DNA from: Terriglobia bacterium
Lineage (GTDB): Bacteria; Acidobacteriota; Terriglobia; Versatilivoradales; Versatilivoraceae
DNA: 64,000 nucleotides
Direction of reading: 5' to 3'
Assembly: GCA_963665655.1 (NCBI GenBank)
Contig: OY762429.1
Location: 112,492 to 176,491, forward strand
Below are positions 17,843 to 27,779 of the stretch, in pieces. Every line of letters starts with the position of its first letter. Position 1 is the stretch's first letter. The notes beneath the pieces were generated by a model. It did no database searches, was not told the DNA's origin, and worked only from the letters and a program-made list of their open reading frames with translations. The position numbers and the translations under genes are program-made.

Positions 17843-19177
17843 TCAAAGGTGCTTGGCGAACACCAGGCCTTCCATGAGCTTGGGGTGAAAGTGGGTGGTT
17901 TTCTGGGGCAGCAGGTCTCCGGCCTCGACCACGGCCTCAACCTGCTTCATGGGTGTGGGATTCATTAGAATGACGCATTGGCAGGAGCCGTCCGCCGCCT
18001 TCAGAACCGCCTCGCGGGCCTCGCTGACATACTCCACAAAGTTTCCCTGGGCCAGTTCGCGCTCCCCGAGGTTGAGTGTCCGGTCCAATATCGCCACCTG
18101 AAGGATGGACACATCCAACTGGCGCCAGGTCTCGGACTTGTCTGCCGGCCAAGCCAGGTTCTTCGCCCTCTCGCCACGGAACGTCAGCAGGGCCAACCGG
18201 TTCAGACCGGGCAGATAGACTCCCATGGCCGCATGCCCCGCGGTCTGCTGTTTTCGCATGCGTTGCAGCAACTCCTCCAGCCTTTCCTGCGGAACGCCGC
18301 CGGCGACCTCGGTCGCTTCAATCGAAAAGAACAACTCCAGTTGCTGCAGAAAGCGGGACGGCTCAAACCCTTCCAGGTGTCTCAGGATGCGATGGATGGG
18401 CAGGATGCAGATTGCCGGAGACTCCTGTCGAACAAAGCTGAAGAGCTTGAATCGATAGTTTTCCCAAGCCGGGTCCTCGGACCGATGCCTCGTGGCCTCC
18501 CGGCTGAACTCCACCGCCACTTCGTATCGATGGTGGCCATCGGCGATGATTACGGGCTTGTCCTGCATGGCCCGCCGGATTCGAGCGATCACCGCCGGGT
18601 CCGATACCTGCCACAACCGATTCGACATCCTGTCCGGACCGGCTGCCGTCATGGCGGGATGAGGTCCGATCGCCTCATCCAGGAGGGCCTCGATCTCTCC
18701 CTCCGGGTCCGAGTAGAGGACAAAGATGATTCCCGAGTCGACCCGAGTGGAGCGCAGCAGCTCCAGGCGATCCTGCTTGGGCCTGGTCATGGTCCGCTCA
18801 TGGGGCCGCACGATGCCCTGGGAGTAATCGGTCACTTCGCCCAGAGCCACGAACCCCTTGCGGGTTACGCCAGGCCCCCCAACCAGGGGGAAGTCCTGGT
18901 AGTAGGGATAAATGCCGGGCCGATCGTCCTGCAGGAAGACCGATTCCTGCATCCATCGATCCAACAAGGCCTTGGAGCGGGTATATCGATTCCAGGACGG
19001 GGAATCCTCACGGGTCTCCGGGTTCATGATAAGATGAGCGATGTTAAAGGGATGCCGCTGGTGGAACCGGTCGTCTCGGGAGCCCTTGAACTGGTCGTAG
19101 GGCAGGGAGATCACGTCGTCCAGGTTGGCAATACGGTTGGGATTGTAGCGGTAACCCCGAAACGGCAATATTCGCAT
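17843..19177 (-). CDS. DUF1015 family protein
   Basis: MRILPFRGYRYNP... N-terminus and overall ~445-aa length fit the DUF1015 family. ORF-track upstream extension not used. Confidence 0.7.
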   Translation of the reverse strand: MRILPFRGYRYNPNRIANLDDVISLPYDQFKGSRDDRFHQRHPFNIAHLIMNPETREDSPSWNRYTRSKALLDRWMQESVFLQDDRPGIYPYYQDFPLVGGPGVTRKGFVALGEVTDYSQGIVRPHERTMTRPKQDRLELLRSTRVDSGIIFVLYSDPEGEIEALLDEAIGPHPAMTAAGPDRMSNRLWQVSDPAVIARIRRAMQDKPVIIADGHHRYEVAVEFSREATRHRSEDPAWENYRFKLFSFVRQESPAICILPIHRILRHLEGFEPSRFLQQLELFFSIEATEVAGGVPQERLEELLQRMRKQQTAGHAAMGVYLPGLNRLALLTFRGERAKNLAWPADKSETWRQLDVSILQVAILDRTLNLGERELAQGNFVEYVSEAREAVLKAADGSCQCVILMNPTPMKQVEAVVEAGDLLPQKTTHFHPKLMEGLVFAKHL

Positions 19178-19350
19178 CAGACTGCTCCTTCCGGCGCCAA
19201 AATCGCATTCGATGGACTTTTCTCGGCGACCCATTGCAGGGCAACCCATTGTCGAGCAACGGATTCCGCTTTGTCAACGGAACCCGTAATTCGGCCGGCT
19301 CCCTGCGGGAAGCGCCGCATTCTCTCGTTTCCCGGGATCGAAGGGGAGTG

Positions 19351-20253
19351 ATGTCACGGGTCCGACTCGCCGGAGGCCGAATCAATATGCTTCCAAGGCC
19401 AGACCCCGTGGTCGCCTACCAGGGCGAGCCGGGGGCATACAGCGAGATCGCCTCCCGTCGCTTTTTCCCAAGCATCGACCGCCTGATTCCCTGCGAGACT
19501 TTTGACCTGGTGTTTCAGAGCGTCCAGAGGGAAGAGGCGACGTTCGGGGTCGTTCCCATAGAAAACTCGCTGGCCGGCAGCATCCACCAGAACTACGATC
19601 TTCTGCTGCGCCACCGGCTCACGATCATTGGAGAGCTGAAGCTCCGCATCCTGCACCACCTGATCGCCAACCCGGGGGTCGGACTTTCTCGAGTCCGCCG
19701 CGTCTTTTCCCACCCGCAGGCGCTCATGCAGTGCCGCAGAAACACCGCCCGGCTGGGCAGGCTGGAAATCATCCCGACCTACGACACCGCCGGCAGCGTC
19801 AAGAAAATCAAGGAAGAGAAAATCCTTGACGGCGCCGCCATCGCGAGCGACCTGGCTGCCCGTTTATACGGCATGACCATCCTGCGAGAAAATCTTCAGG
19901 ACGACTTCGCCAACTTCACCCGGTTCCTCTTGCTGGCCAAGGGCCGCCACAGAGTGCCTGATGCCAACAAGACTTCGATTGTTTTTTCCATCCAGAATAT
20001 TCCCGGGGCCCTTTTTCGTTCGATGAGCGTCTTCGCCTTGCGGGACATCGACCTCTACAAGATCGAGTCCCGTCCCTTGCACGGCAAACCCTGGGAATAC
20101 CTGTTCTACGTCGACTTCGCCGGCAGCCTGGAAGACAGGCCCTGCAAGAGGGCCATGACCCATCTGAGAGAATTGGCCGGGTACTTGAAGATTCTGGGTT
20201 CCTATCCCCGGGACGACTCCGACTTGGATCCTCAAGAGCCCGCCGGGAATTGA
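19351..20253 (+). CDS. pheA: Prephenate dehydratase (PDT + ACT domains)
   Basis: VAYQGEPGAYSE start block, ESRP motif (IESRPLHGKPWEYLFYVD) of the ACT region. ATG at 19351 with AAGGGGAG SD. Confidence 0.85.
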   Translation: MSRVRLAGGRINMLPRPDPVVAYQGEPGAYSEIASRRFFPSIDRLIPCETFDLVFQSVQREEATFGVVPIENSLAGSIHQNYDLLLRHRLTIIGELKLRILHHLIANPGVGLSRVRRVFSHPQALMQCRRNTARLGRLEIIPTYDTAGSVKKIKEEKILDGAAIASDLAARLYGMTILRENLQDDFANFTRFLLLAKGRHRVPDANKTSIVFSIQNIPGALFRSMSVFALRDIDLYKIESRPLHGKPWEYLFYVDFAGSLEDRPCKRAMTHLRELAGYLKILGSYPRDDSDLDPQEPAGN

Positions 20254-20261
20254 CGACTGCC

Positions 20262-20885
20262 ATGGACAAACGGGTCAGCGGCATCATCCTGGCCGCGGGC
20301 AGATCGCAGCGCATGGGGCGGCCCAAGGCCTTGCTGCCCATCTTCGGCGCCACCTTCCTGGAACATATCGTCTGCCAGATTCGGGCCTCCCGGCTGGTCG
20401 AGGTGAAGATCGTGCTGGGTCACCGGCCGGAAACCATTCTGGAACGTCTGCCGGACCTGAAGCCGGCTACCGTCATCAACTCCCGCTACCGGGAAGGACA
20501 ACTCTCCTCTCTGCAAACCGGCATCCGGGCTCTCGATCCCGAAACCTGCGACGGCTTGATGCTCTTCCTGGTCGACCATCCCCTGGTCGACCCCACCCTG
20601 ATCGACGCGCTGCTGGAATGCTTCAGCCAGGGAGGCCATCCCATCGTGATTCCTTCCTTTCAGAGGAAGCGAGGACATCCGGTCCTGTTCGCCAGGGAAC
20701 TGTTTCCCGAGCTGCTTGCCGCCAGTCCGGACGAAGGGGCCGTTGCCGTGGTCAGGCAGCATCGCCGGGAGATCCGCCACCTGGAATGGCCATCGGATGA
20801 GATCCTTGTCGACGTAGACACCCCGGAAGCCTACCAACGCTGGATCCAGCCGCGCACGACGGGTGTTCCGTCCCGGCAACGCTGA
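20262..20885 (+). CDS. MobA/MocA-like molybdenum-cofactor nucleotidyltransferase
   Basis: GIILAAGRSQRMGRPKALLP motif. Overlaps the pheA stop, so probably co-transcribed. Confidence 0.7.
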   Translation: MDKRVSGIILAAGRSQRMGRPKALLPIFGATFLEHIVCQIRASRLVEVKIVLGHRPETILERLPDLKPATVINSRYREGQLSSLQTGIRALDPETCDGLMLFLVDHPLVDPTLIDALLECFSQGGHPIVIPSFQRKRGHPVLFARELFPELLAASPDEGAVAVVRQHRREIRHLEWPSDEILVDVDTPEAYQRWIQPRTTGVPSRQR

Positions 20886-20887
20886 AG

Positions 20888-20968
20888 ATTCCAAACAAAG
20901 CACTGCAAGATGTTAAAGACCAACACTTTTCTACCCTATGCTCAGCGGCCCGGTGAGAAATGCGGGTC
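20888..20968 (+). repeat. Family C repeat (core GGTGAGAAATGCGGG with ~60-nt conserved 5' part), copy C1
   Basis: ~85% identical to 57957-58042. Core recurs at 48268-48300(rc), 50886-50912(rc), 57797-57822(rc), 59275-59305 and degenerate at 29025-29043. Confidence 0.55.
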
Positions 20969-20987
20969 AAGAGCACACTGCCGCAGC

Positions 20988-22631
20988 TTGTTCCGATGGC
21001 TGCTGCCCGGCCTCTTCCTGGGGCTCCTGCTACCCGGCCAACTCGAGTCCGTTTCCTTTGAGAAGATCTCCCGCGGGTTGAAGTCGATTCGCCAGGAACG
21101 CATCCGGGCCAGGCTGAAATTTCTGTCCTCCTCCCATTTCAAGGGACGCGCGACCGGCAGCCCCGAGGCCGAGCTCACCGCGGCCTACATCGCCAGCGTC
21201 TTCGAGGCCAATGGCCTGCTCCCGGCTCCCCATTCCACCGACTTCACACATTCCTTCGGGATCATGCGGGCGCTTCCGCGAAATTCCGGTCGGTTGGAAT
21301 TCACCGACACCGGCGGCTCGGTGGTTTCCCTCGAGAGTGGCGACGACTTCCTGCCGGCTTCCTGGGGACCGGATGCATCGGTTCGAGGCAAGCAAGCCGT
21401 CTTCGTGGGATACGGGCTGACGGCGCCCCATCTCGACTATGACGATTTCCAGGGAATCGAGCTTCGGGACAGAGTCGCGATCATGCTCAGTGGAGGCCCC
21501 CCCGACATTGCCTTTCGCCGGGTTGGAACGATCGACTACTCCGACCCCGTGGAGAAATCGCTTCAGGCAGAATCCCGGGGCGCGTGCGGCGTGGTGCTCA
21601 TCCTGGCGGCCGGGGACGAGCTTCCCTCCCCGGGTTCCGACTTTCGCCACGCCAGGGCCCACCTGTCGGAGCGTTTGGATTCCCTCTCCATTCCGGTGGT
21701 GAGAATGACGTTCGCCGCCGGAGAACGCCTCCTGCGTCAAGCCGGCGGACCCGAAGCCTCGTCCCCGTCCCTCGGACTGCTACAGGACGGAATCGACCGA
21801 GCAGGACGACCGCGGAGCTTCCCCCTGCAGGGGCGGATGCGGATGCAAGTCTCCTATCGAAGGCGACAGTTCCAGGGATACAACGTGATGGGGCATATTC
21901 CGGGGTCGGACCCCGTTCTCAAGAACGAGTTCATTGTCCTGGGAGCCCATCACGATCACATGGGCGTGGATGAGAGGGGCAGGATCTTCCATGGCGCCGA
22001 CGACAACGCCTCCGGCATCACGGCGCTGCTGGAGCTCTCCGAGGCCTTCCACGATAACCCGGCCAAACCCCGGAGAAGCATACTGCTGGCGGCCTGGGGC
22101 GCGGAAGAACTCGGACTGCTGGGCTCGCGACACTACGTGAGGGCGCCGCCGGTCCCACTCCTGGAGACGGTGGCCATGCTCCAGATGGACATGATCGGCC
22201 GGAACGCCCAGCATGCGGCCAATCTCGTGGGCGAACTCCCCGGTCAAAGGGCTGAGGACAATCAAAACTCGCTGAACATCTTCGGAGCGTCGGTTGCGCC
22301 CATGCTTCGGGAAATCATCGAGCGCAGCAACGCCAGGGCGGGACTGGACCTGAGATTTCCCACGGAAGCCGCATCCATGGACCTGATGCGCCGCAGCGAC
22401 CACTGGCCTTTCCTGAAACAGGGCACTCCCGCGCTATTCCTGTTCACCGGCTTCCATCCCGACTATCATCGGGCCACCGATACGGCGAACAAGATCAACT
22501 TCAGCAAGCTGGAGAAAATCCTGAAACTGGTCTACCTGGCGGTTTGGGAGGTGGGCGAGGCGCGCCGCCGTCCGCAGTTGGACCCGGGGGTTTTCGGGAG
22601 GCTGACCCACCGCGGCCCGGCCGGCGATTGA
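20988..22631 (+). CDS. M28-family aminopeptidase (PA + peptidase M28 domains), secreted
   Basis: HHDHMG...DDNASG...EELGLLGS zinc-ligand blocks of M28 peptidases. The ORF-track ATG (20910) lies inside repeat C1. In-frame TTG at 20988 gives a short signal-like N-terminus; start uncertain. Confidence 0.75.
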   Translation: MFRWLLPGLFLGLLLPGQLESVSFEKISRGLKSIRQERIRARLKFLSSSHFKGRATGSPEAELTAAYIASVFEANGLLPAPHSTDFTHSFGIMRALPRNSGRLEFTDTGGSVVSLESGDDFLPASWGPDASVRGKQAVFVGYGLTAPHLDYDDFQGIELRDRVAIMLSGGPPDIAFRRVGTIDYSDPVEKSLQAESRGACGVVLILAAGDELPSPGSDFRHARAHLSERLDSLSIPVVRMTFAAGERLLRQAGGPEASSPSLGLLQDGIDRAGRPRSFPLQGRMRMQVSYRRRQFQGYNVMGHIPGSDPVLKNEFIVLGAHHDHMGVDERGRIFHGADDNASGITALLELSEAFHDNPAKPRRSILLAAWGAEELGLLGSRHYVRAPPVPLLETVAMLQMDMIGRNAQHAANLVGELPGQRAEDNQNSLNIFGASVAPMLREIIERSNARAGLDLRFPTEAASMDLMRRSDHWPFLKQGTPALFLFTGFHPDYHRATDTANKINFSKLEKILKLVYLAVWEVGEARRRPQLDPGVFGRLTHRGPAGD

Positions 22632-22699
22632 CTCGCCAGAAACACCCCTGGATCACCCTGCATCAGCGGTCCCGTCCCATGGAACGGCAGCGCGACCAG

Positions 22700-22870
22700 G
22701 TGAAAAGTGGATAGTGATTGGATCCCTGCGTTGAGCATCTTGTGGGTCTCGGCGCAGTCGTTCAAAAAGTGTTACCACGTCATCAGGCACTTGCTTGCCA
22801 TCAGGACTGACCACTGGCCACCGACCACTGATCACTCACCACTTGTCGTATCGGTTGTCCCGAACCTGCG
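22700..22870 (+). repeat. Family D-like degenerate repeat (CAGTGGTC-rich), approximate bounds
   Basis: Shares CAGTGGTC/GACCACTG-rich and ATTGGATCC-type segments with 12372-12492 and 31195-31300. Confidence 0.3.
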
Positions 22871-22876
22871 GCCGGC

Positions 22877-24046
22877 TCATGCGTCGAAGACTGCCGAAGC
22901 GGCCTCCACGCCGCTGCCTGGAGCCAGTTGGAACCCGTCCTGCCTGAGTATGCGTTCCAGGGCATTCAGCAACATCAGCACGTTGTTCGCGTGGGAGGAG
23001 GTGCCCATCAACCCCACCCGCCAGATCCTGTCCTTCAGCGGTCCCAACCCGCCGCCGATCTCAATGCCGAAATCGCTCAACAGCCGGGAACGCACGGCGG
23101 CATCCGATATTCCATCGGGCACGCGGACCGTATTCAAGACCCATAGACGGTCTTCCGGTTGGACCAGCATCTCCAACCCCATGGCCTCCACGCCGGCTAC
23201 CAGCGCTCGATGATTCAGGTGATGGCGATCGAAACGGTTCCGGAGCCCTTCCTCAACCACCAGGCGCAGGGACTCCCGCAGCGCATAGTTCATGGACACC
23301 GGAGCCGTGTGGTGGTAGGTGCGGTCGTCACCCCAGTACTTTTCAACCATGGTCAGGTCCAGATACCAGCTCTGCACCTTGGTTTTCCTCTGACGAATCC
23401 TCTCCACGGCCCGGTCCGAGACCGTAATGGGAGCCAGTCCGGGAGGGCAGCTCAAGCACTTCTGGGTCCCGCTGTAGGCGAAATCGACCCCATGTCGATC
23501 GATTTCCACCGGATGGCCGCCCAGCGAGGTGACGCAGTCCAGCAGCAGCAGGGTTTCGGGGAAATCGTTCAACACCTCTCGCAGCTTGGCCGGCGGGGTC
23601 AAGACTCCGGTGGAGGTCTCGGCCTGGACAGCCGCCAGAATCCGGGGACGGGTTCGTTGCAAGGCTTGCCGGACTTTCTCCATGTCGAGGCCGCGGCCCC
23701 ATTCGGCTTCCACCCGGGTCAGCTTCCCGCCGCAGCGGGTCACGATATCGCTCATCCGCTCGCCGAAGACTCCGTTCACACACACCACTACCGGGTCTCC
23801 GGGCTCGACCAGGTTCACGAAAGCGGCCTCCATTCCGGCGCTTCCGGTGGCGGAAATGGGAATGGTCAAGCGATTGCGGGTCTCGAAAACCGCCCGCAGC
23901 AACTGCTGGATCTCATCCATGACCCCCAGGAAGGCGGGGTCCAAGTGGCCCACCAGCGGGGCGGAAAGCGCCCTGAGCACGCGGGGGTCCACGTCGCTGG
24001 GACCGGGTCCCATCAGGATGCGCTTGGGGGGATTGAACTCGTTCAT
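22877..24046 (-). CDS. Class V aminotransferase (alanine-glyoxylate / serine-pyruvate aminotransferase)
   Basis: Full-length AGXT-family protein ([10 protein letters not shown]..., [15 protein letters not shown]-lysine region). Confidence 0.8.
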   Translation of the reverse strand: MNEFNPPKRILMGPGPSDVDPRVLRALSAPLVGHLDPAFLGVMDEIQQLLRAVFETRNRLTIPISATGSAGMEAAFVNLVEPGDPVVVCVNGVFGERMSDIVTRCGGKLTRVEAEWGRGLDMEKVRQALQRTRPRILAAVQAETSTGVLTPPAKLREVLNDFPETLLLLDCVTSLGGHPVEIDRHGVDFAYSGTQKCLSCPPGLAPITVSDRAVERIRQRKTKVQSWYLDLTMVEKYWGDDRTYHHTAPVSMNYALRESLRLVVEEGLRNRFDRHHLNHRALVAGVEAMGLEMLVQPEDRLWVLNTVRVPDGISDAAVRSRLLSDFGIEIGGGLGPLKDRIWRVGLMGTSSHANNVLMLLNALERILRQDGFQLAPGSGVEAASAVFDA

Positions 24047-24126
24047 GGCGTTCCTTTCTTCACGGGTATCGACCGTTCAGGAGTCGTCAATGGGGTCAAT
24101 GGAGGGCGGGGAAGGCCTGGTGTCGA

Positions 24127-25317
24127 CTACGCCGGGATGATCCCCAGCCGGCGGCCGACTCTGGCGAGAGCCTCCAGGGCGAACTCCAGTTGTTTCCGGG
24201 TATGGGCGGAGGTCACGATGGTGCGAATGCGAGACTTCTCCTCCGGCACGGTGGGATACCCGATGCCTTGAGCGAACACACCCTCCTCGAAAAGCCGGTC
24301 CGAAAACGTCATGGCCAGCTCTCCCTGGCCGACGATAATGGGGGTGATGGGCGTTTCGCTGGCGCCGGTGTCGAAACCCAGGCGAGCCAAGCCCGCCTTG
24401 AAGAAACGGGTGTTGTCCCACAAGCGTTCGATCAGGGCCGGCTCCTCTTCCAGGACCTCGAAGGCCGCCAGGCAGGAGGCCGCCACCGCCGGAGGATGGG
24501 AGGTGGAAAAAAGAAAGGGCCGGGCGCGATGGTACAGATATTCAATCAGCGCGCGACTCCCGCAGACATACCCGCCCAGAGATCCCACGGCTTTGGAAAG
24601 CGTGCCCACCTGAATGTCCACCCGGCCGTGCAACCCGAAGTGGTCCACCGTGCCGCGACCGCAATGGCCCATGACCCCGCTGGCGTGCGCATCGTCCACC
24701 ATCATCATGGCGCCGTACTGTTCCGCCAATTCCACGATTTGCGGAAGCGGGGCCACGTCGCCATCCATTGAGAACACGCCGTCGGTGACCACCAGTTTCC
24801 TGCCGGGCAGCGACTGAACCTCGGCCAGAATGTCTTCCAATGCCCGGGTATCCTTGTGGGGAAAAACTCGGATCTGCGCGCGCGACAGCCGGCAGCCGTC
24901 GATGATGCTGGCATGGTTGAGCTCGTCCGAGATGATCAGGTCTCCCTTGCCCAGGATCGAAGATACCGTGCCGGCGTTGGCGGTGAACCCCGATTGAAAG
25001 ACCACGCTGGCCTCCACCTGCTTGAACCGGGCAATCTTTTCCTCCAGCTCCATGTGAACCCGCATGGTTCCCGCGATGGTTCTGACCGCGCCCGACCCCA
25101 CACCGAACCGCCGCAGGGCCCGAGCGGAGGCTTCCATGAGCCGGGGGTGGGTGTTCAGTCCCAGGTAGTTATTGGAGGAAAGGTTCACCACCGACCGTCC
25201 ATCGAATTGAGCCTGTGGCAGTTGTTGTCCTTCCAGAATCTTGAGAGCCCGGTACAGCTTCCTGCGTTTCAGACTCTCCAGTTCTCCAGCCAGAAAGTCA
25301 TCCAGAAGGGTTGCCAT
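24127..25317 (-). CDS. kbl: 2-amino-3-ketobutyrate CoA ligase (glycine C-acetyltransferase)
   Basis: Alpha-oxoamine synthase family (NNYLGL, DDAHASG, GTLSKA PLP-lysine). ATG at 25317 (MATLLDD). Confidence 0.85.
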   Translation of the reverse strand: MATLLDDFLAGELESLKRRKLYRALKILEGQQLPQAQFDGRSVVNLSSNNYLGLNTHPRLMEASARALRRFGVGSGAVRTIAGTMRVHMELEEKIARFKQVEASVVFQSGFTANAGTVSSILGKGDLIISDELNHASIIDGCRLSRAQIRVFPHKDTRALEDILAEVQSLPGRKLVVTDGVFSMDGDVAPLPQIVELAEQYGAMMMVDDAHASGVMGHCGRGTVDHFGLHGRVDIQVGTLSKAVGSLGGYVCGSRALIEYLYHRARPFLFSTSHPPAVAASCLAAFEVLEEEPALIERLWDNTRFFKAGLARLGFDTGASETPITPIIVGQGELAMTFSDRLFEEGVFAQGIGYPTVPEEKSRIRTIVTSAHTRKQLEFALEALARVGRRLGIIPA

Positions 25318-25481
25318 GATGCGTTTTCCACTTCGACGGGAGATTCTCTTCGACCCCGAAGGCAATGCCGCCCGCGGGGCCGCGTGGAGCAGAGTCCACG
25401 ATCTTCAGAGAATCATAACACAGGGAAGCGAGCCCGCTTCCCGTGCCGCAGCGGCTGAAACAACAACAGAAAAGAGGAATC

Positions 25482-25498
25482 CACGAAGTCACACGAAG
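25482..25498 (-). promoter_or_regulatory. Two phased direct repeats CACGAAG (10-bp period); reverse complement matches the 17750 motif
   Basis: CACGAAGtcaCACGAAG. Its reverse complement CTTCGTGtgaCTTCGTG is near-identical to CTTCGTGtgtCTTCGTG at 17749. ~170 nt upstream of kbl. Confidence 0.35.
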
Positions 25499-25730
25499 GA
25501 CCAGAAAGGCCACCAAGGGGGACGGCTCTGCCGCATCGGCACAGGCTGAGGCCTGGCAACCGGGCGTGCGCCGGATCGAGGGGCAAGAGTGATGGAAGGA
25601 GGACCACCCGGGAGCGCGGGCGTCCCGCCCGCCCCAGTCCGGGCGCAGCCCGGGCCGACCGAGACAACCCCGCATGGAGCGGGACACGGCCAAGTGCTGC
25701 CGCCGCTTCGCGGCTCGGGGGGTGCACCCA

Positions 25731-25802
25731 GGGGACGTTGTTGAATTCCTGGAATTCAGAAACCGCTGATCCAATTTATTCCAGTAGTTCAACAACGTCC
25801 CC
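25731..25802 (+). repeat. Palindromic element E1 (GGGGACGTTGTTGAATTCCTGGAAT ... ATTCCAGTAGTTCAACAACGTCCCC)
   Basis: ~24-nt inverted arms around a 22-nt spacer. A second copy (27780-27822) in the same orientation bounds the far side of the low-GC cassette. Confidence 0.7.
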
Positions 25803-26109
25803 TACTCTTCCTCCCACCTGCCAAACTGGTACAGTCCCTGGAATCGGGCGCATGTTGTCGTGCGAAAGCAATCCTCGCTATCATGAATCGACCGTCCGAG
25901 TCGGGGGACTTGGTGATGTCGAGGATGCTTTTGCCCTGGAGGTCCATGTCGAAGATGCGTTGGACCATTGCTCGGCAGGCGGGTCGAGCCCCAGCTTGGG
26001 GCGCTTCTTCGCCCCGCTCTGGACATGGACCCGCTTGTATCCGTAGGGAGCGTAGGCCGACATCCAGAAGCCGCGGGAAGCAATCTACGGAGTCGACAGC
26101 CTTGCCATA

Positions 26110-26298
26110 GTGAACCCGGAGCTACTGGTGGAATGGGACGCGCTAACGCCGCCGGCGCGGCGAGAGCTGAACGCGGCGGTGTTCGACGCCATCGGCCTGA
26201 CCGTCGACGAGCGCGAGGCGGTGTACGCAGGAGTGACGAAGTTGATGGAGAATCGGCGGCCGCGCATAAGGGCAAGCAAGGAGGCAGAAAGATGTTAA
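26110..26298 (+). pseudogene. Remnant 3' end of a DNA methyltransferase-like gene (62 codons)
   Basis: C-terminal block LNAAVFDAIGLTVDEREAVYAGV resembles the ...V.DLYGLT.EE...V motif that ends many N6-adenine MTases (type I HsdM / type IIG / PglX). Upstream region is high-GC but has no long ORF. Its stop overlaps the downstream start (ATGTTAA). Confidence 0.3.
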
Positions 26299-27617
26299 TT
26301 GCCGCACTGCGAGAAGCCCTCGAACACACGACAATTACAGCAGAAGAAAGGATGGAACCTGCGGAAGCAAAGGTCCTACGAAGACAACTAGGAATGGGCA
26401 CAGACCTGACACCAGCAAACTATCGTCGCATATTGGATCTTGAGGAATACCTACCAAATTTCTCAGTCGACATCATTGCGTGGTACAGAATAAACACGCA
26501 GGAGCCGCAAATGGCAAAACTGTCGTCCGAGATCGCCAAACTCCTTGGGATCAAGGAAGGACAGCATATTTTCTCGTGCACATGCGTGCTAATGGGTGGG
26601 CAACCCGCAATAGACGCCACGCACGTAGCAGAAAAAATGATACTGGCAGCCATCAAGTTTGGACCGGAAAAGGCGGAAGCTCTCCTCAACTCAAGAATGT
26701 CAGACCAAACCGTTTCGGTTAATCATTTGCTTCTGGCAGAAGGAGTTACGGTAGCGGAAGAACTCAAAATCGGAAACGACATAAAGATTGTCCCCATCAG
26801 CGAGAAAAACAAGTACATTCTGCCGTTCGACATCCGACATCAATACATCAACCGCCATCGATTTGTTCCGTTCCATAGCAATCTCGAACAATCGGCCATC
26901 ATCATCACTGAGCATTCTCTGACGCCTGCGTTCAAAGTAGTGGAAGAAGGCTACGAAGAAAGCGAGCCGTGGCCTATGGGTGTAATACACACAATCGAAG
27001 AAGATGACGTGAACGCTCCAGAAAGGGCAACGACATCCATTTTGTCGCTTGTCATCAACTCACCCGTGATCGCTATGCGGTCATGGATTTACACCGACCC
27101 TTACGAACCTTTCCGCATAGACAGGGGAAGCCGCGCAGCGGCAAGTTTCCTAGGTGGAAGGCGTGCATATCAATCAGTACAAGCTGGCTTGGATGACCTT
27201 GCGAAATTCCAAGAAATACGAGAAAAACTGCTGTCTGAACCGAACATAGAGAAGAAGCTGAAAACCCCTATCAGATACTGGGTCAAATCCAGAATGGCAG
27301 GCCCTAGCGTTGACGGGGCGATCTACCTCGGCATAGCAATGGAGACCCTTTTCCTCGACAATTCCAGGACGGAGCTGTCATATCGCATGCAAGTTAGAGC
27401 CGCCAAGCTAATAGGCGGGAACATGTCGCAACGCGAGCTAACGAAGAAGCTAGTGAAGAACACATACTCGGTTCGCTCCAGAGCGGCGCATGAAGGCGCA
27501 ATGAAAACCGAGGATCAAGAAGCTATAGAGAAGGGACAAGGTCTGATACGCGATGCTATTCTGAAAATAATCGAGTCGGGTACATACCCCGACTGGAACC
27601 GCTTGGATCTGGAGTGA
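26292..27617 (+). CDS. Uncharacterised 441-aa protein with C-terminal HEPN-like R-x4-H motif; candidate abortive-infection/defence protein (AIPR/Abi-like context)
   Basis: AAGGAGG SD 7 nt before ATG 26292. GC ~48% versus ~65% in flanks. RSRAAHEG motif at 27472-27495 in a predicted all-helical C-terminal region. No Walker A, no PD-(D/E)xK recognised. Confidence 0.7.
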   Translation: MLIAALREALEHTTITAEERMEPAEAKVLRRQLGMGTDLTPANYRRILDLEEYLPNFSVDIIAWYRINTQEPQMAKLSSEIAKLLGIKEGQHIFSCTCVLMGGQPAIDATHVAEKMILAAIKFGPEKAEALLNSRMSDQTVSVNHLLLAEGVTVAEELKIGNDIKIVPISEKNKYILPFDIRHQYINRHRFVPFHSNLEQSAIIITEHSLTPAFKVVEEGYEESEPWPMGVIHTIEEDDVNAPERATTSILSLVINSPVIAMRSWIYTDPYEPFRIDRGSRAAASFLGGRRAYQSVQAGLDDLAKFQEIREKLLSEPNIEKKLKTPIRYWVKSRMAGPSVDGAIYLGIAMETLFLDNSRTELSYRMQVRAAKLIGGNMSQRELTKKLVKNTYSVRSRAAHEGAMKTEDQEAIEKGQGLIRDAILKIIESGTYPDWNRLDLE

Positions 27618-27779
27618 ACTATCCATGACCATCCTCCATACCTACAGCGACCTCAAGTTCACCAAACGCCTGCGCCACGTCCTGGTCTAGGCCCACGGCG
27701 CCCCTCACGGGCCTTACGGCAAGCCTGTCGGGACTGAGCGGAAACACCAACTACACCTACAAGGCGTATTCGGACACCA

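Noticed and set aside
20910-20987. ORF-track ATG start of the M28 peptidase at 20910
   Set aside because: That ATG lies inside family-C repeat copy C1, and the resulting N-terminus (MLKTNTFLPYAQRPGEKCGSRAHCRS) is repeat-derived, not a signal peptide. The start is more likely a downstream non-ATG (TTG 20988).
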